Assembly: GCA_973895155.1 (NCBI GenBank)
Contig: OZ316898.1
Coordinates: forward strand, 6,373,079 to 6,437,078
Direction: 5' to 3'
DNA length: 64,000 nt
Origin: Marsupella aquatica
Lineage: Eukaryota > Plantae > Marchantiophyta
The notes beneath the pieces were generated by a model that saw only the letters and a list, made by a program, of their open reading frames with translations, was not told the origin of the DNA and searched no databases. A program made the translations under genes and the position numbers. Below are positions 39,976 through 53,016 of the stretch, piece after piece. Each line of letters starts with the position of its first letter. Within the stretch, counting starts at the first letter, position 1.

Positions 39976-40707
39976 CTTTTAAAACTATATTTAGAGTGCA
40001 ACTGATTCATGGTGTTTGTCCATTTTTGGGTCAGGTTTATTGGGGACTTCAATATGACTACATGGTGGGAACAATAGTGATAAAGAAGTTCTCTAGAGTG
40101 AGCCGGAGTGGGACCAGGAGCGGACCTGGTACTGGACGTCTGAAACCTGTGCCTCCAGTTATCCCAACACATTTTTACAATCATATTTTTGGGCAATTCA
40201 AGCACAATGGTCAATACTCTTAATTGAGGCCCTAAGTGACGATGTATTTTTGATGGCAAAAATCATAGGGGCCTCTAGACTCTTTTGGTCCAAAAGTTTT
40301 GTAATTTTTTTTATCTTGATTCATACAATAGACTTTTAATAGCCTTAATGTATAGATGTTTGGGTTTATATTAGCCAATTAGGCAAAGTTCTTCATTAGG
40401 AGAACATAAATAAAGATACATCCCTGTTATCACCACTTACATTATGTTTTCTCCATCCTTTTGAATGCACTAAAATTTGTAATCTATGAAGGGTAAATAT
40501 TATTGCCCAAAACTATTTTTTATAACATACTCAAGACACTATGAAAAATAGCAAAAATGTAGTTTTTACAAAACAAGGTTTATCGCAATGTGAGAAAAAT
40601 AATAAGTAAGGGTACTAGGAGAAGGGAGGCTCACAGGTATGTGTGTATAATATACTAGGAGTGAGGGCCCAGGGGGGAAACCTCATAACAACGGCAAGGG
40701 TAAGTCC

Positions 40708-40991
40708 CTTGGGGGTTAACTAAGTGTATATTTTGGGGTACACGTGCGATCCTAGTATATAAAAATAGATCTATTTTAAAAAGAGAATATTTTAATAATG
40801 TATTTTATTGTTAATATTAATAACTTATTTTATTTTATAAAAGATATATACTAAAAAATATTTTATAAACATGAGTTTATAATACCTTATTTTGTCTTCT
40901 ACATTTTTTTTAAAAAGTAGTTAATTTCTATCAAAAATACCTATTTTGGATCGCATGTGGTTCTTAAAATTTTTGATAGTCAACCCCCCCC
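40708..40991 (+). mobile_element. AT-rich MITE (~280 bp), CTTGGGGGTTAACTA-type termini, copy 1
   Basis: GGGGGTTAACTA..TGCGATCC / GGATCGCA..TAGTCAACCCCC inverted ends; homologous to three other copies. Confidence 0.75.
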
Positions 40992-41423
40992 AGATCAGTC
41001 CCCAAGTGACAATGAAGCCCAAATGACAAAATCAATTATTCTTGTTTAGCATTGGGATAAATATTTTATGAACCACTTTAAGCAAAAATAAATTAGTTTT
41101 GGGTTACGTGGTACTTGTGCAAGGTCCTCAGTGCTCATGGTCTTATAAAGGCTTGGCAAAAATTGAAAACTAAATATCTACCTGAAGAGGGGTTCTTGAA
41201 AATGAAATTAAAAACCTTAAGAGGGGGGAATATACAATTCAAAGTCCAATAATACAAAAGATGCACATCATGTAAGGCAGATTGGAACAAAAGTACTTAC
41301 ATATAAAAATATCAATAAGATAAAATAACTTGAATAGGCTCCCGGACAAGGTAACACCACAACAAGGTAGCACACAAAAAAAAGCCAGGACTCTAACTTA
41401 ACTTTGTTATCAAGGTTTCACAG

Positions 41424-41686
41424 CTTGGGGGGTTAACTATCAAAAATCTTAGGAACCATGTGCGATCCAAAATATGTATTTTTGATAGAATTAACTAAAT
41501 TTTTAAAAAACATAGGAGGCAAAAAAAATCTTATTTAATATATACCTTTTGTAAAGTAAAATACTTAGATTATTAATATTGAACAGTGAGAATATTTTTG
41601 GAATGTTTTTTTATAATTAAAATAAGTCTATTTATATTAGATTAGGATTGCACGTGGTACTCCAAAATATACACTTAGTTAACCTC
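41424..41686 (-). mobile_element. Same MITE family, copy 2 (inverted)
   Basis: Reverse-complement homology to 40708-40991. Confidence 0.75.
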
Positions 41687-42315
41687 ATGAGCTTCACAGT
41701 CACAACTTAGTGTGCACTCACCTCACCCTCAAAGAACAATGATGCCAACAACGCAATTGGCGTAAGGATGAACTGCCCCTAGTATTGTGCTTGCAGGCTA
41801 GGAGTAGATGAAGGGACAAAATCCAGGTCCCGAAATAGAAATCCGGGCGACAATAGCATGGGATGCAATGGTAGAGTGATGAGAAAATAGGCATATGAAT
41901 GACAAGTAGACTGGTGGTTCAATTGGGATAAGAGGGGCTCCAAGGGCAAATGTAGCAGCCCAAAGAACCTGGTAGGCTCTCAAGATGGCGTTCACCTCCA
42001 ACATGAGGCCTCATTGGTAATCCATCCAAGGTACAACTCCAGCACTAAGTGGTGGTGCATCAAACTGTAGCATGGGGTCACAAGGCTCTAGGATGACCGC
42101 ACCAAATTGCAATTATGGTCCCTTGGCAAGACATGAGTCAATGTAAAATTGATGAGCTGGATCACCGAGATAGACCTCTATGGTATGAAGGGCTGACTGC
42201 CCAATCCCGTACACATGATATATGGCACCTTCATCTCACATCCTTGAGATGATAGTCTCCAATAATCTAACCGATGACCCTAACATCCTAAAAGAATCTC
42301 GCAAGAAAGCTGCCC

Positions 42316-43916
42316 TGTCGTATAGCCAGAAGAACCAAAAGGAACACTTTTTACATAAAGATTCGGAATTCGATCCCTTTAAGAACAGATTTGGAAAGAA
42401 TTGAATGAATTTATCTCTCTGAGTGATCTAAAGCTCTCAGCACATAGATTTCTTGTTTCTCACTAAAAGATCAAATAAACAAAACACCAAAGTAAATAAA
42501 CTTCTGTCTTATGAGACAAGAGAGAGTAATTTATGGTTTGAAAACTCTGATTAGCTATTGCCACTCCTTCAAAAAGGACTATGGTCTTAGAATAGACATA
42601 AAACAAGTCTCATAACTCACTAATTTCTCTCCTGACTAAATAAAATTGCATGATAAGGAATTTCCAATTTGCTAAACAAGTACTGCTCTAGTTACAAATG
42701 TAATGATATGACTTAAGATGCCGGCAACATGGTTTGACATCAGCGATACGCAATTCCGTCAAACACTAAATCATATTCCATAAACAAAGTAACGGTACTG
42801 AATACTCTGAGAACCAAACTTTACTTCTCACATATCAAACAACAACTCTTGAATTAGCTAGCGAATCTTGACCCTTCAAGCAAGCCTAGCAGTGAATTCA
42901 ATGTAAGTCACAGAAGCTTGTAACTGAATTCAAGTATCAAGAAATTTCTTGAATTCATAAATTCAAACATAAGTTTTACTTCCATACAAGACTTCTCTTG
43001 TTAAAATGGAAGGTGGGAAACTAACAGAAGTCTGATTGGAATTGTCCCCCCCTCTAGTAAAGGATAAACCATGAGATTTTATAGGTAAAGGTTCCCTTAA
43101 CTGAAAAGGCATGACTTTTCAAACCTCAAATATCTAAAAGACAATCCTAAAAGAAATAAAGAAATGCATTGGAGACTTAGTGGACGCTTTATAGAGCGTC
43201 GGTGTTTTCCGGTAAAACTAATAAACAATGGTTTTAATCTAATTTTAACTTCTAAACTAAAAATCGGAATGAGCTGAAACTTTCCTAGAGTACTCTACTA
43301 CATATAATCTCTATGCTGGTAAAGTTTCAGACTTTTCTGAGACTTCTAAGTGCCTCAAATAAATTGGCAAAAGTGGTGCGGTGTTATAAAAGTGCGAAAA
43401 TCAGAAATATTTCTAAGTGTCGGGAAGATAGTGGACGCTTCAGAAAGCGTCGATTGGATTTTGGTGTTTTGGTCGCGGCGTCCGTCTTCCGGCCTTCAGG
43501 TGGGACGCTTCAGAAAGCGGCGGAGTCTGTCTTCGCGGACGCTTCAGAAAGCGTTGATTCTGCTGTCTTCGAACACGGCCGAACAGTCAAGGCGTCACTT
43601 CTCATGTGGACGCTTCAGAAAGCGTCTTAAATTGTCCGGTGTCTGGTTTCGTGGTATCGGTGAAGGACGGCTCAAAAAGCGTCGTGGTTAAGGGGGTCGC
43701 ATCTGGTTGGCAGCACACATGGACGCCTCAGCTATCTTGGGATTTATTGGCTTTGTAACTGGGGACGCTTCAGAAAGCGTCCTTAGTTAGACTGAAGTGA
43801 GTTAACCGCCAAATGGGAAGTAGACGCTTCAGAAAGCGTCGTTTTTGCTCAAAAAGTTTGAAACGATTCAGATTTTTCTCTTATGGTCGTGTTTCAGCAA
43901 AAGTCTCCTTTCCACA
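42316..43916. mobile_element. Solo LTR (1.6 kb), 5-bp TSD TGCCC
   Basis: TGTCGTAT..TCCACA flanked by TGCCC (42311-42315, 43917-43921); related to 11759-13366; multiple GACGCTTCAGAAAGCGTC palindromes. Confidence 0.85.
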
Positions 43917-44126
43917 TGCCCAAAAGCCAAACCAGATTTAGTACAAAACAAAAACAGACCCCTCAAACAGTACCACACTCAAGCACGCTCCATAAACCCA
44001 CCTACAATAATATAGATGACTTTAGATAGTCTAAAACTCTACTATCCATAAACAAAGAAATAAATCAATCCATCAAACTTAGATTGTCACAAATATGTGT
44101 CAGATGTAACTATGCCGAGACTCACA

Positions 44127-44721
44127 ATGTGTGCAAAAGCTAATATAAATAGACTTATTTTATAAAGAAAATGTTTCAAGAATATTTTCCATTTTCAATA
44201 TTGATAACCTATTTTACTTTATAAAAGGTATATATTAGAGAATATTCTATAAACATGAGTTTATAATACCTTGTTTTGCTTATTTTGCTTTTAAAAAGCT
44301 TAATTAATTTTTATGAAAAACACCTATTTTGGATTGTACATGGTTCCTAAGATTTTTGATAATCAACCCCACAAGGGCTATTTCGGGCAAAAAACTTTAA
44401 ATATGCCCAAAATCCTGTGAATATGTAGGGCTATTCCTCTTGGGGTTACTAAGTATATGTTTTGGGGTACCATGTGCAATCCTAGCTTAATATTAAATAG
44501 ACCTATTTTATAAAGAAAATATTCTAAAAATATTTTTTTTCTTAATATTAATATTTTATTTTATTTTATAACAGATATATATTAGAAAATATTCTATAAA
44601 CATGAGTTTATAATACCTTGTTTTGTCTCCTGCATTTTCCAAAAAATTAGTTAATTTATATAAAAATACCTATTTTGGATCACATATGGTTTCTAAGATT
44701 TTTGATAATCAATCTCCCAAG
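44127..44721 (+). mobile_element. Same MITE family, copies 3 (~44127-44375, left end decayed) and 4 (44437-44721, TSD GGCTATTC)
   Basis: Homology to copy 1; GGCTATTC at 44429-44436 and 44722-44729; both copies share the same right flank, indicating local tandem duplication. Confidence 0.75.
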
Positions 44722-44815
44722 GGCTATTCGGGCAAAAAATTATGAATATGCTTGTTCTGTGGGACTATGCTTTTTGGCTTTTTGGCCTTCTGGCCTTTTT
44801 CTTGTTTTCCCGTGA

Positions 44816-45155
44816 CTAGCCTGATTACTCATTCCTTGAACATAAACAAATACGAAGAAAAACAATCTTGCATAATAAAAAAATTGTGCTATTTCAATTA
44901 ATCTTTGCCTCATCTTTGTTTTTTGTCCACTCTCATTTCAATTTTGTCTTTATTTGAAATCAATATCAATTTTGTCTATTCTCACTTAAAATTTTATTTT
45001 AATTGAGACTCATGTCACTTTTGTCTCTATTTAAGGGTAGTCTTCACTCTAGACCCTATTAAGAGTAGATTTTCTTTGTATTATATGTAGTCTTCACTCT
45101 ATACCCTAGGCTAGGCCCCTTAAGAGTAGATTTCCTTTGCGCTTTTATAATAAGA
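44816..45155 (-). mobile_element. Mini non-autonomous Helitron (340 bp)
   Basis: Minus-strand A|TCTTATTATAAAAGCG..GCTAG|T; both termini are homologous to those of the adjacent large Helitron. Confidence 0.75.
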
Positions 45156-45928
45156 TTGGGTTTTTGGCCTGTGTGATCCTGTCTTTTTGGTTCAGGGCCC
45201 CAGCTTTTTGGCAATTTGATATACTAGCTCCGACTACCCATTCTTTGAACGTCAATAGCGATGAGGACCAAAAAGTGCTTGAGACAAAATAGATTTGAGA
45301 AAATAATAAGAATAGTGTATCAAAAGACAAAGGGAAACCTCACTTGAGAAATTTTTCCACCAAGAGTCAAAACTTGATGGTAAAATGGTTCAAGTGGGGG
45401 AAAACCCTAAATTTTATTCAAATGGTGGAAATCTGAACATAAGGTATGTTAGATGGCTTGTAGATGTCAACATGACATAAAACAATAATGTCATATGACA
45501 GCCACCATGAAATAGTCCATTGTAGACTACACATCTGCTTGAATATCTAGAAGTGCTCCATTTGCTTGGAGTGTGGAACCAACCAAGCAACCAAAACTAC
45601 AACTGCAAAAACACTCAAAAGAACGGTCATAGGAGAAAATCAATTGCAATAGATTGAATGCATCTAGAATGATGGAATATAAAGAGAGTGGAGTAAGCAA
45701 TATAACCCTCTTCAAAAAGATTCCAAGTGCTAAGAAGATCCAATCATGTTATCAAAAAAGGGTCAAGTTAGTATTGAATTGAATGAATGTGGAAGGAATA
45801 TTTACCTGTCTAATATTGAAACAATTGATTATTGAAGCTCGGAGTAGAGAAGCCGTTCTATCAATGCACGGGCTTGTGCCGGTGTAACCAAGAGCTTGAT
45901 GGATACGCACCCTCCCATGATCACACAA

Positions 45929-48900
45929 TCATCTTAAAATCTCCCGGTATACAACATTCCTTGTGTAAAGGTCATCCTTATTGGGATATGCATTCCGTGC
46001 TATCATAATGCGAATGCCAGTCCGAGCACCAACCCTAGACAATGCCACATATAATTGACCATGCGAGAAAACTGGGTTTGGTAGAAATATCCCAATCTTT
46101 GCCAAGGTTTGACCTTGAGACTTATTGATGGTCATACCAAAGGCAGCACGAATAGGAAACTGAAATCGACGAAGATCACATGGTAACCCCGAGTCAGATG
46201 CAATAAGAGGAATGGGTGGAATGAAAACACGGTGAGTCTCCGATATTCTTCCCTGTGATGATCTTTGCATCTATGACATGACGCCCAAAACCACGAACTA
46301 TCAAGGGAGTGCAATTAGCTTGTCCTCTTCACCCATTCATGTTTCTCAAAAGCATGATCGATGGGTGCACCAATCTTCAGAGTCAACTTATGTGGAGGTA
46401 ACCCGGATGGCAACAATGTGTTGAGGAATTTTGTGGGATACATGAAGGCTGTTGCTTCATTGGGAATTGAATCTGCACTCAAAAACTCATGTTCCTGCAA
46501 AACTCCATGGATAAAAATTAGAAAGTTACTAACTTTCATTGAAATGTTTTTCCTTCAAAGATAAAATTCAAAGCTCTTCAAGTTGCTAGTGGTAAGGGAT
46601 TTACCTCTCTAGGAAAATCACACATCACCTCCTCATTGACCTTATCCACATCTTTGTTTGTGGTGGTCAAAATAGCTCTATCTTTTAAAAAGTTAGCATT
46701 GTTGAAGTTCACTGGATCCGAGCCATAGATATTAACAATTAGGTCACTAAGATAGTCAGTTGGCATTATCGGGTCATGTGGCAAACAAATGACATCATCA
46801 CCCAAATCAGACTCAATTGACAAAGTTCCCTCTCCAATTGCTAGTAACCAATCGCTAAAGCCTTGTTGCTCAAGCGCCTCTTCTCCTACATATATGAAAA
46901 TCCAGAAAGGTTGTCAGTTTTTTTAAAGCAAATATTAAAGAAATATATATTTACTTATTCCAACATGGAAAGGTTGGTGCTAAGATAAATTAACATTTCA
47001 TAAACTAAATAGTGAAAATGATACTCTATAAATATCATAACACACCTAGTACAAAATAAAAAAAGAATTCTTGATAATATAACATACCTTCTAGTGTTTT
47101 TACTCTCATGTTCTCACTTAGCCTCATCACTTTTATCTTTGACCATATAGAAGATCTTTTGAAGGTGGCTCGAATGATGGCAGCTTGATCTCCATGCCGA
47201 ACTACAGGAAGCACTTGGCAAAAATCACCACCAAAGACCATCAATTTTCCTCCAAACGGCAAGTTACTCTTCATGATATCTTGAAGCGTCCGGCTAACAG
47301 CCTCAAAGACATGTCTATGAGTCATGGGTGCTTCATCCCATATGATCAATAATGCACATCGGATCAAGCGTGCGGCTTTACTCTCCATTACTATGCTGCA
47401 CACCATCATCATAAAAAAATTTGAAAAAATAACATTTGTACTATATCTCTAAACCAATAGCTCAATATCTCATAAATTAGTATTTTTTATGAACTCAATC
47501 TCACTATAAACACAATTTTAACTTCTTACTTGCAAGTAGAGCTTTCGTGAACAATGAGTGGAATCTTGAATCGTGAATGTGCCGTGCGACCTCCCTGTAG
47601 TAGTAAGGCTGCAATCCCTGATGACGCCACGGCAAGAGCAATGTGCCCCTCACATCTGACCCTTGCTAGTAGAAGATTATACAAAAATGTCTTTCCAGTT
47701 CCACCTGTTCCATCAATAAAGAATAGATGTTCCTAGATAAAACAAAAACCTTGAGTTAGACATGAAAATTATTCATAGTGTCAAAATAAAACATCTCATA
47801 ATCATGTTGCAAAGCTATATAGAAAGGTAATGTATATACTTACCCGAGGAGATTCACCTTGCAATACGGTCTCACAAACATCATTCACTTGTTGCCAAAT
47901 TAAATTTTGTTCATCATTTAGTTTTTCTTCTCCCTCCAATGCACATGCACGTAGTGCAACACGATCATATGAGAGTTTCTCTAACTCCAAATGAGAATGA
48001 GCCTCTTCATTGCAAATAAAATTTGCTTGATACATATCAAAAAAATGGGACAATCGTTTATTGTGATCTTGTAAATAACGGTCAATTTCCAACAATGCAT
48101 TATTGATAATAGCATGTTGAGGAAGATCAAACATTCCAAATCCCTACAAATACAACGTGGTTGACCAATGTTAGTTTGCAAGATGAATGTAGCGCGTTAA
48201 ATCATTTTATTAGAACTTATGCCTCATGAGTAAAAAAATGGATTTGTGTAGAAAAGAATACCTGACGTCTCAAATACAGTAGATCCTCTGTCATGGATGT
48301 TACAAATTGATCCCATAACTCTTTAGGGCGTGCAAGTGTGTTGTAGAGAAGAATGATGGCAAAAAGTTGACGGACTGCACGTCCAGTCCGAATCTCTGAA
48401 CATTCTCTCAAATAATCAATAACCTTTGAATCATCTTCCAAGAGTCCCAACTTAATTGCTGCCTCCTTAAAAGTGGGCATGACTACATTACCAATTGTTT
48501 TCAAACTATCATATCCAATAGTCCCTTTAATATGATGAAGAAGTAACTGCATCCAATGACGATCTTCTTCACCTGCACAATAAAAATTCATTAAAATAAA
48601 TATTTTGAATATAATAATAATGAATTCAATTATTTGAGTGCAATTAAGTCAAGATAAAAATAATACCTAGATGAGTCAAATATAAACGGCCAATGGGATA
48701 TCCGCAGCCTTTAATCTTTTTCTTACGGACAATCCATTTTTTTGGTTCTTGTTCCAACTATAATGAAGTGGAAACTCATGGTATTTATTTTGTCATGCCC
48801 CAGGATCACTAACATTCGTTGCAAACCATTCTGTCAATGTGGTTGCCATCCTTCGTTGTAAAATCTCCTTAGTTGTGACGTTCTCACTAAAAACAACATT

Positions 48901-51900
48901 TTGCTCATTCTCAAGATGAAGAGTTAATCGAACAATACTTGGCTCTTCCGAATGCAAACAAAACTTGAAAATGCGCCAACATGCTTCAACAGATGAGATG
49001 TATTTACAAACAAAAATATTAGTACATGATTTGAGAAATCTTCAAATAGAATCAAATAACAATTGTACAAAAACTGTTAAGGCAATTCACATTATTGCAA
49101 AACTTGAAATTGATTAATGAATTAGTAAAAAATAGAATAGAAATATGAAATGAAATAAATACCATGCATCTCGATATTCTGAGACCTGATCTACTAGTGC
49201 CCCTGTCTCAATTGTGCCACCAGCTCGTGACAATCGGACCAAAATTGCATCGGATCCCTTGTACACATATTTATAAATATACTTCACATCAGCAATGCCA
49301 CTTGTAACTTCAAGATTTATGTGACAACCAAAAAGTGTGCATAGTAATTTATTGTATGGCACCACCCAACGATTGTCCAAAAAACAGTTTTTCTTCTTCA
49401 TCGTACGACCATCATCTCGTCTGCAGTGTTTAAAGCAAGAAAAATATCATAGATAAATATAATATAAGTACATGAAAGCATGGTATATAAGTAATTGAAA
49501 TCAATGCACCTGCAATATGTCGGGTATCCATCCTCGTTGAATGTGGTGTGGGAGGCAAAAGGTTTTGGAAAACCTTTTAAGCACACTCCATTTTTCATGC
49601 ATGGAGCATTTCTCATTTGGGCACCACATGGTCCATGCATCATGCAAGTAACCACAGTTTGATAAAGACTTGGATGCAAAATAGGATCTGGTATCTCCGC
49701 CAAAATAACATCATCAATTTGGGTAGCATTTCGTGGTTTGTCCTCATAACTCATGCACATCAAAAGATGAATGTGTGGCAAACCTCTTTTTTGAAATAAT
49801 TCTATAGTATGTATTTTTGCCACACAATTACCCAAAATCTTTTGATTTTTTAGCAGATCTAACAATATCTTCTTCTTTTGTTCAAACACCCGAGCAATCA
49901 AGTCAGAATGATTAGCTGCTTTTTGGTTGCTACATACCAGCTCATCCGTGATCTCCTTCCATGTAGGATTGCATATCATTGTCAAAAAATAATCAGGCTT
50001 GCCAAAATGCCTAACAATAGCCATGGCATCCTGAAATAATTGGTGCATATGATGTGGACCTCCTATAAAGCTTGAAGGTAATATGATGCGTCTTCCAATG
50101 TCTGCTACATGATCATGTCTTGTCATGGCATCTTGAACCCCCTGATATAGATGCGCTCTTAACTGAGGTTGATGGGTACATATATAGGTCAACCTCTGGC
50201 TCTCACTAGTGGCATAAACATCCACCATGTACTCCTGGTAAAGCCTATCAAAACATGTCAGCCTACTACCATCCATGCACTCTATAAGATTATCTTGTCG
50301 TGTATGAAGCCTAAATGAGGCAAACTCCAAAGGGGTAACATTCTTTGTCCCTGTATCTGCATGTGCATCATTATCCATGACATTGTCGTAGGCCCTCTCG
50401 TGAATAATATTCTCCACCACACCCTCTTTACTTTCCATAGCAATAGTCTCTTCTAATATAGAAGAATTCTGTTTTCGAATGCCTATATGCCATCCTGTCT
50501 CACCATAATTATGGAAATAGCATAACAAAATGCAAAGGAATATATGTTTGATTGAGATCAGATATACAACGTACCCCTCCTCCATGCAGGTATACAATGA
50601 TATCACGTGGACCAACCTCCTCACTTCCATCTCCAGGAATACTATGGTTGCGATCTCCGATGCTACCGACAAGTTATAACGTCTAGCATCAAGACCTTTT
50701 TCGCTAGCTTTCAATACTATGCGCATATTTTGACTACCAACTTTACATGCTATAGCTTGAAAAGATCGCACATATGCATTATGCTCACGCATAAGATTCT
50801 GTAATCCTCTCAAGGTCTCAATCTCAATACCATCAGTAATTACCCTGCCTCTATTTTCTATCTCGTGCTCAGTGTCATAAATGTAAAGTTGAGCATTGAA
50901 TTTTGGGGGTTGTCCTACCTCAGGATAAAGAGGGCCAATAGAATGATAGATCCCACCTTGAATGCAAAGATGTTTTATGCCACCATGTACTTCTCCAGAC
51001 ATGTTAGCACCGGTGGATGCAAGCTGAAGTGCTGAGCTATAAGCTCGAATATGACTCAAGAACTTCTTACTTGTTGGTCCCTCACCTGAGACCAATGTTG
51101 CCAATAATGGAGGAAGAGATCGCAATGGTGGTAAATCCACCCTACCATGACTACAACACTTGCCAAATGGAGAGTCCTTAAATTTTGTAGAACTCACCTT
51201 CTCTGCTGTCCAGTGCAAGGCTTTACATGATGGCACACCACATTCATGTGTCCAAGGGAATGGTGACCACTCTCTTGATTTGTTTGACCTCGTAGTTTCA
51301 AGTGAAACACATGATACTCATCAAATATGCGGCGACGTGCTAGGTTGCTGAAAAACCATTCAATCAAAACCAAGGATAAGCCAATTATCTCCCGTTTCTT
51401 TTAAATAACCAATCACTCAAAATCCTATCAAATCCTCTATTCTAAATAATAAACTATTAGATCTAATAAACAGTTCAACATAAAACTTTAACATTTAAGT
51501 AGAAGTTTGAACTGTAAAATTCAAGAGTTCTCAACATACATAGTTGGCAGATGTGGAACACGACTTGTGCGATGACGTGGTGGGTTCATCATAATTTGTG
51601 GAGGCACTATATCATCTTCATTGTGAGACGGTTCCCTAGTGGAGAACAATAAACAACATAAAATATTATTTACATTTCAAAGTAGAATTATATTTTACTC
51701 ATGGTTTATGAGAAGAAAATAAATTTGCTTCATACCTAGAGGTAGACCCATGTCATGTCATAAGAGGCCCAAATTCAGGCTCATTAATTATCCTAGCACG
51801 TCTGTTTCTTTGCCCCTCGGCTCTAGCAAGCATTTGTTCATCTCGGAGGCTTCTTCAAATGAGAGGCATGGGTAACCTGTAATAAATATCAATCATTCAG

Positions 51901-53016
51901 TCATATTTTAAAAATGGTTGCACTATGAAATCCCCCAAAATGATAATATCTTGGAACTTATGTTGGAGATGGACCATTTACAATCGGTGTTAAACATTGA
52001 TTTGAAGAAGGAAGTTGTGGAGGTTCTCGAACATTGTCAACAATAATTGGGTCCCTCTGTAGTAACAAAAATGTAACTCAATGAAATTATATCACAATAA
52101 GTTGTAATCTTCAATGAAAAAAATTAGTATTCCTAATGACTTGAGTATTTGAGCATGAAGATCAAATATAAGGCGTTTTTAGAAGTGCATGCAAAAATAG
52201 TATCAAAATCTTTTAGAAAGGAAAACTTACATGGGCACCAATGCTACACAGTGATTTGAATCCAAAAGTGGTGGAGGTAATTGTGCCTCTCCAACAATGG
52301 GTAATTCCCTATCAAAAAATATAATTAAGATTGAAATAAATTTTGATAGAAATGTAGCTTGAATGCAAACACACATTATTTAAAATTTGTAAACAAAAAT
52401 TAATACCTTATATGAAGCATTTCTGAATCCTCCGCAACAACATGAATGTTCTTTGTTTTTGCAATTGCGCGTCGATCCTTTTGTTGTCTAGCCCGTTTAG
52501 CTGCTTTGTTTGCCACGATAACCTCAGGAACTTCTCCGTCTACTTGTGCGTCTAATCTTTTGGCTTGTTGCCGTGCACGCCATTCTCGCATATATTTGGC
52601 TTTCTTTGCCTTTCTCACAGTGTCAATAGTCTCGCCAACTCTCAATGATGCTCGTGCTGGTCCCTCAAATTCATATGGCTCTTCAACTTCACATGAGAGA
52701 TCTACTCTTGCGATCGGCGGGGCGATCGGAAGACATTCTTCTCGTCTTGGTTCATTGATGCAAATAGTTTCCCTTTCATTTATGATAAGGGTAGAATCAA
52801 CATGCCTAAAAATAAAATAAAAAGTCAAAATTAGATATATATCATCCGTTTTCAATAGCAAATAAAATTGTTTTATGCATTTTGCTTATAAAATAAAGAA
52901 GAGTGGAGTGATGAAATTAGTAACATCTACATTAATACCTTGGAGAAGCTAGAAATGACTTGTCCAACCGTGGTTGACAAATTAGTAATATCATTCAAAT
53001 CCCTTTGGTTTGCCAT
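45929..53016 (-). pseudogene. Helitron RepHel (HUH Rep + PIF1 helicase), multi-exon, frameshifted
   Basis: [126 protein letters not shown]; upstream exons and ATG at ~53016 are tentative. Confidence 0.93.

Noticed and set aside
41700-42310. Coding-like degenerate stretch (also 6800-7400 and 56750-57400)
   Set aside because: Could not be assigned to any family without a search.
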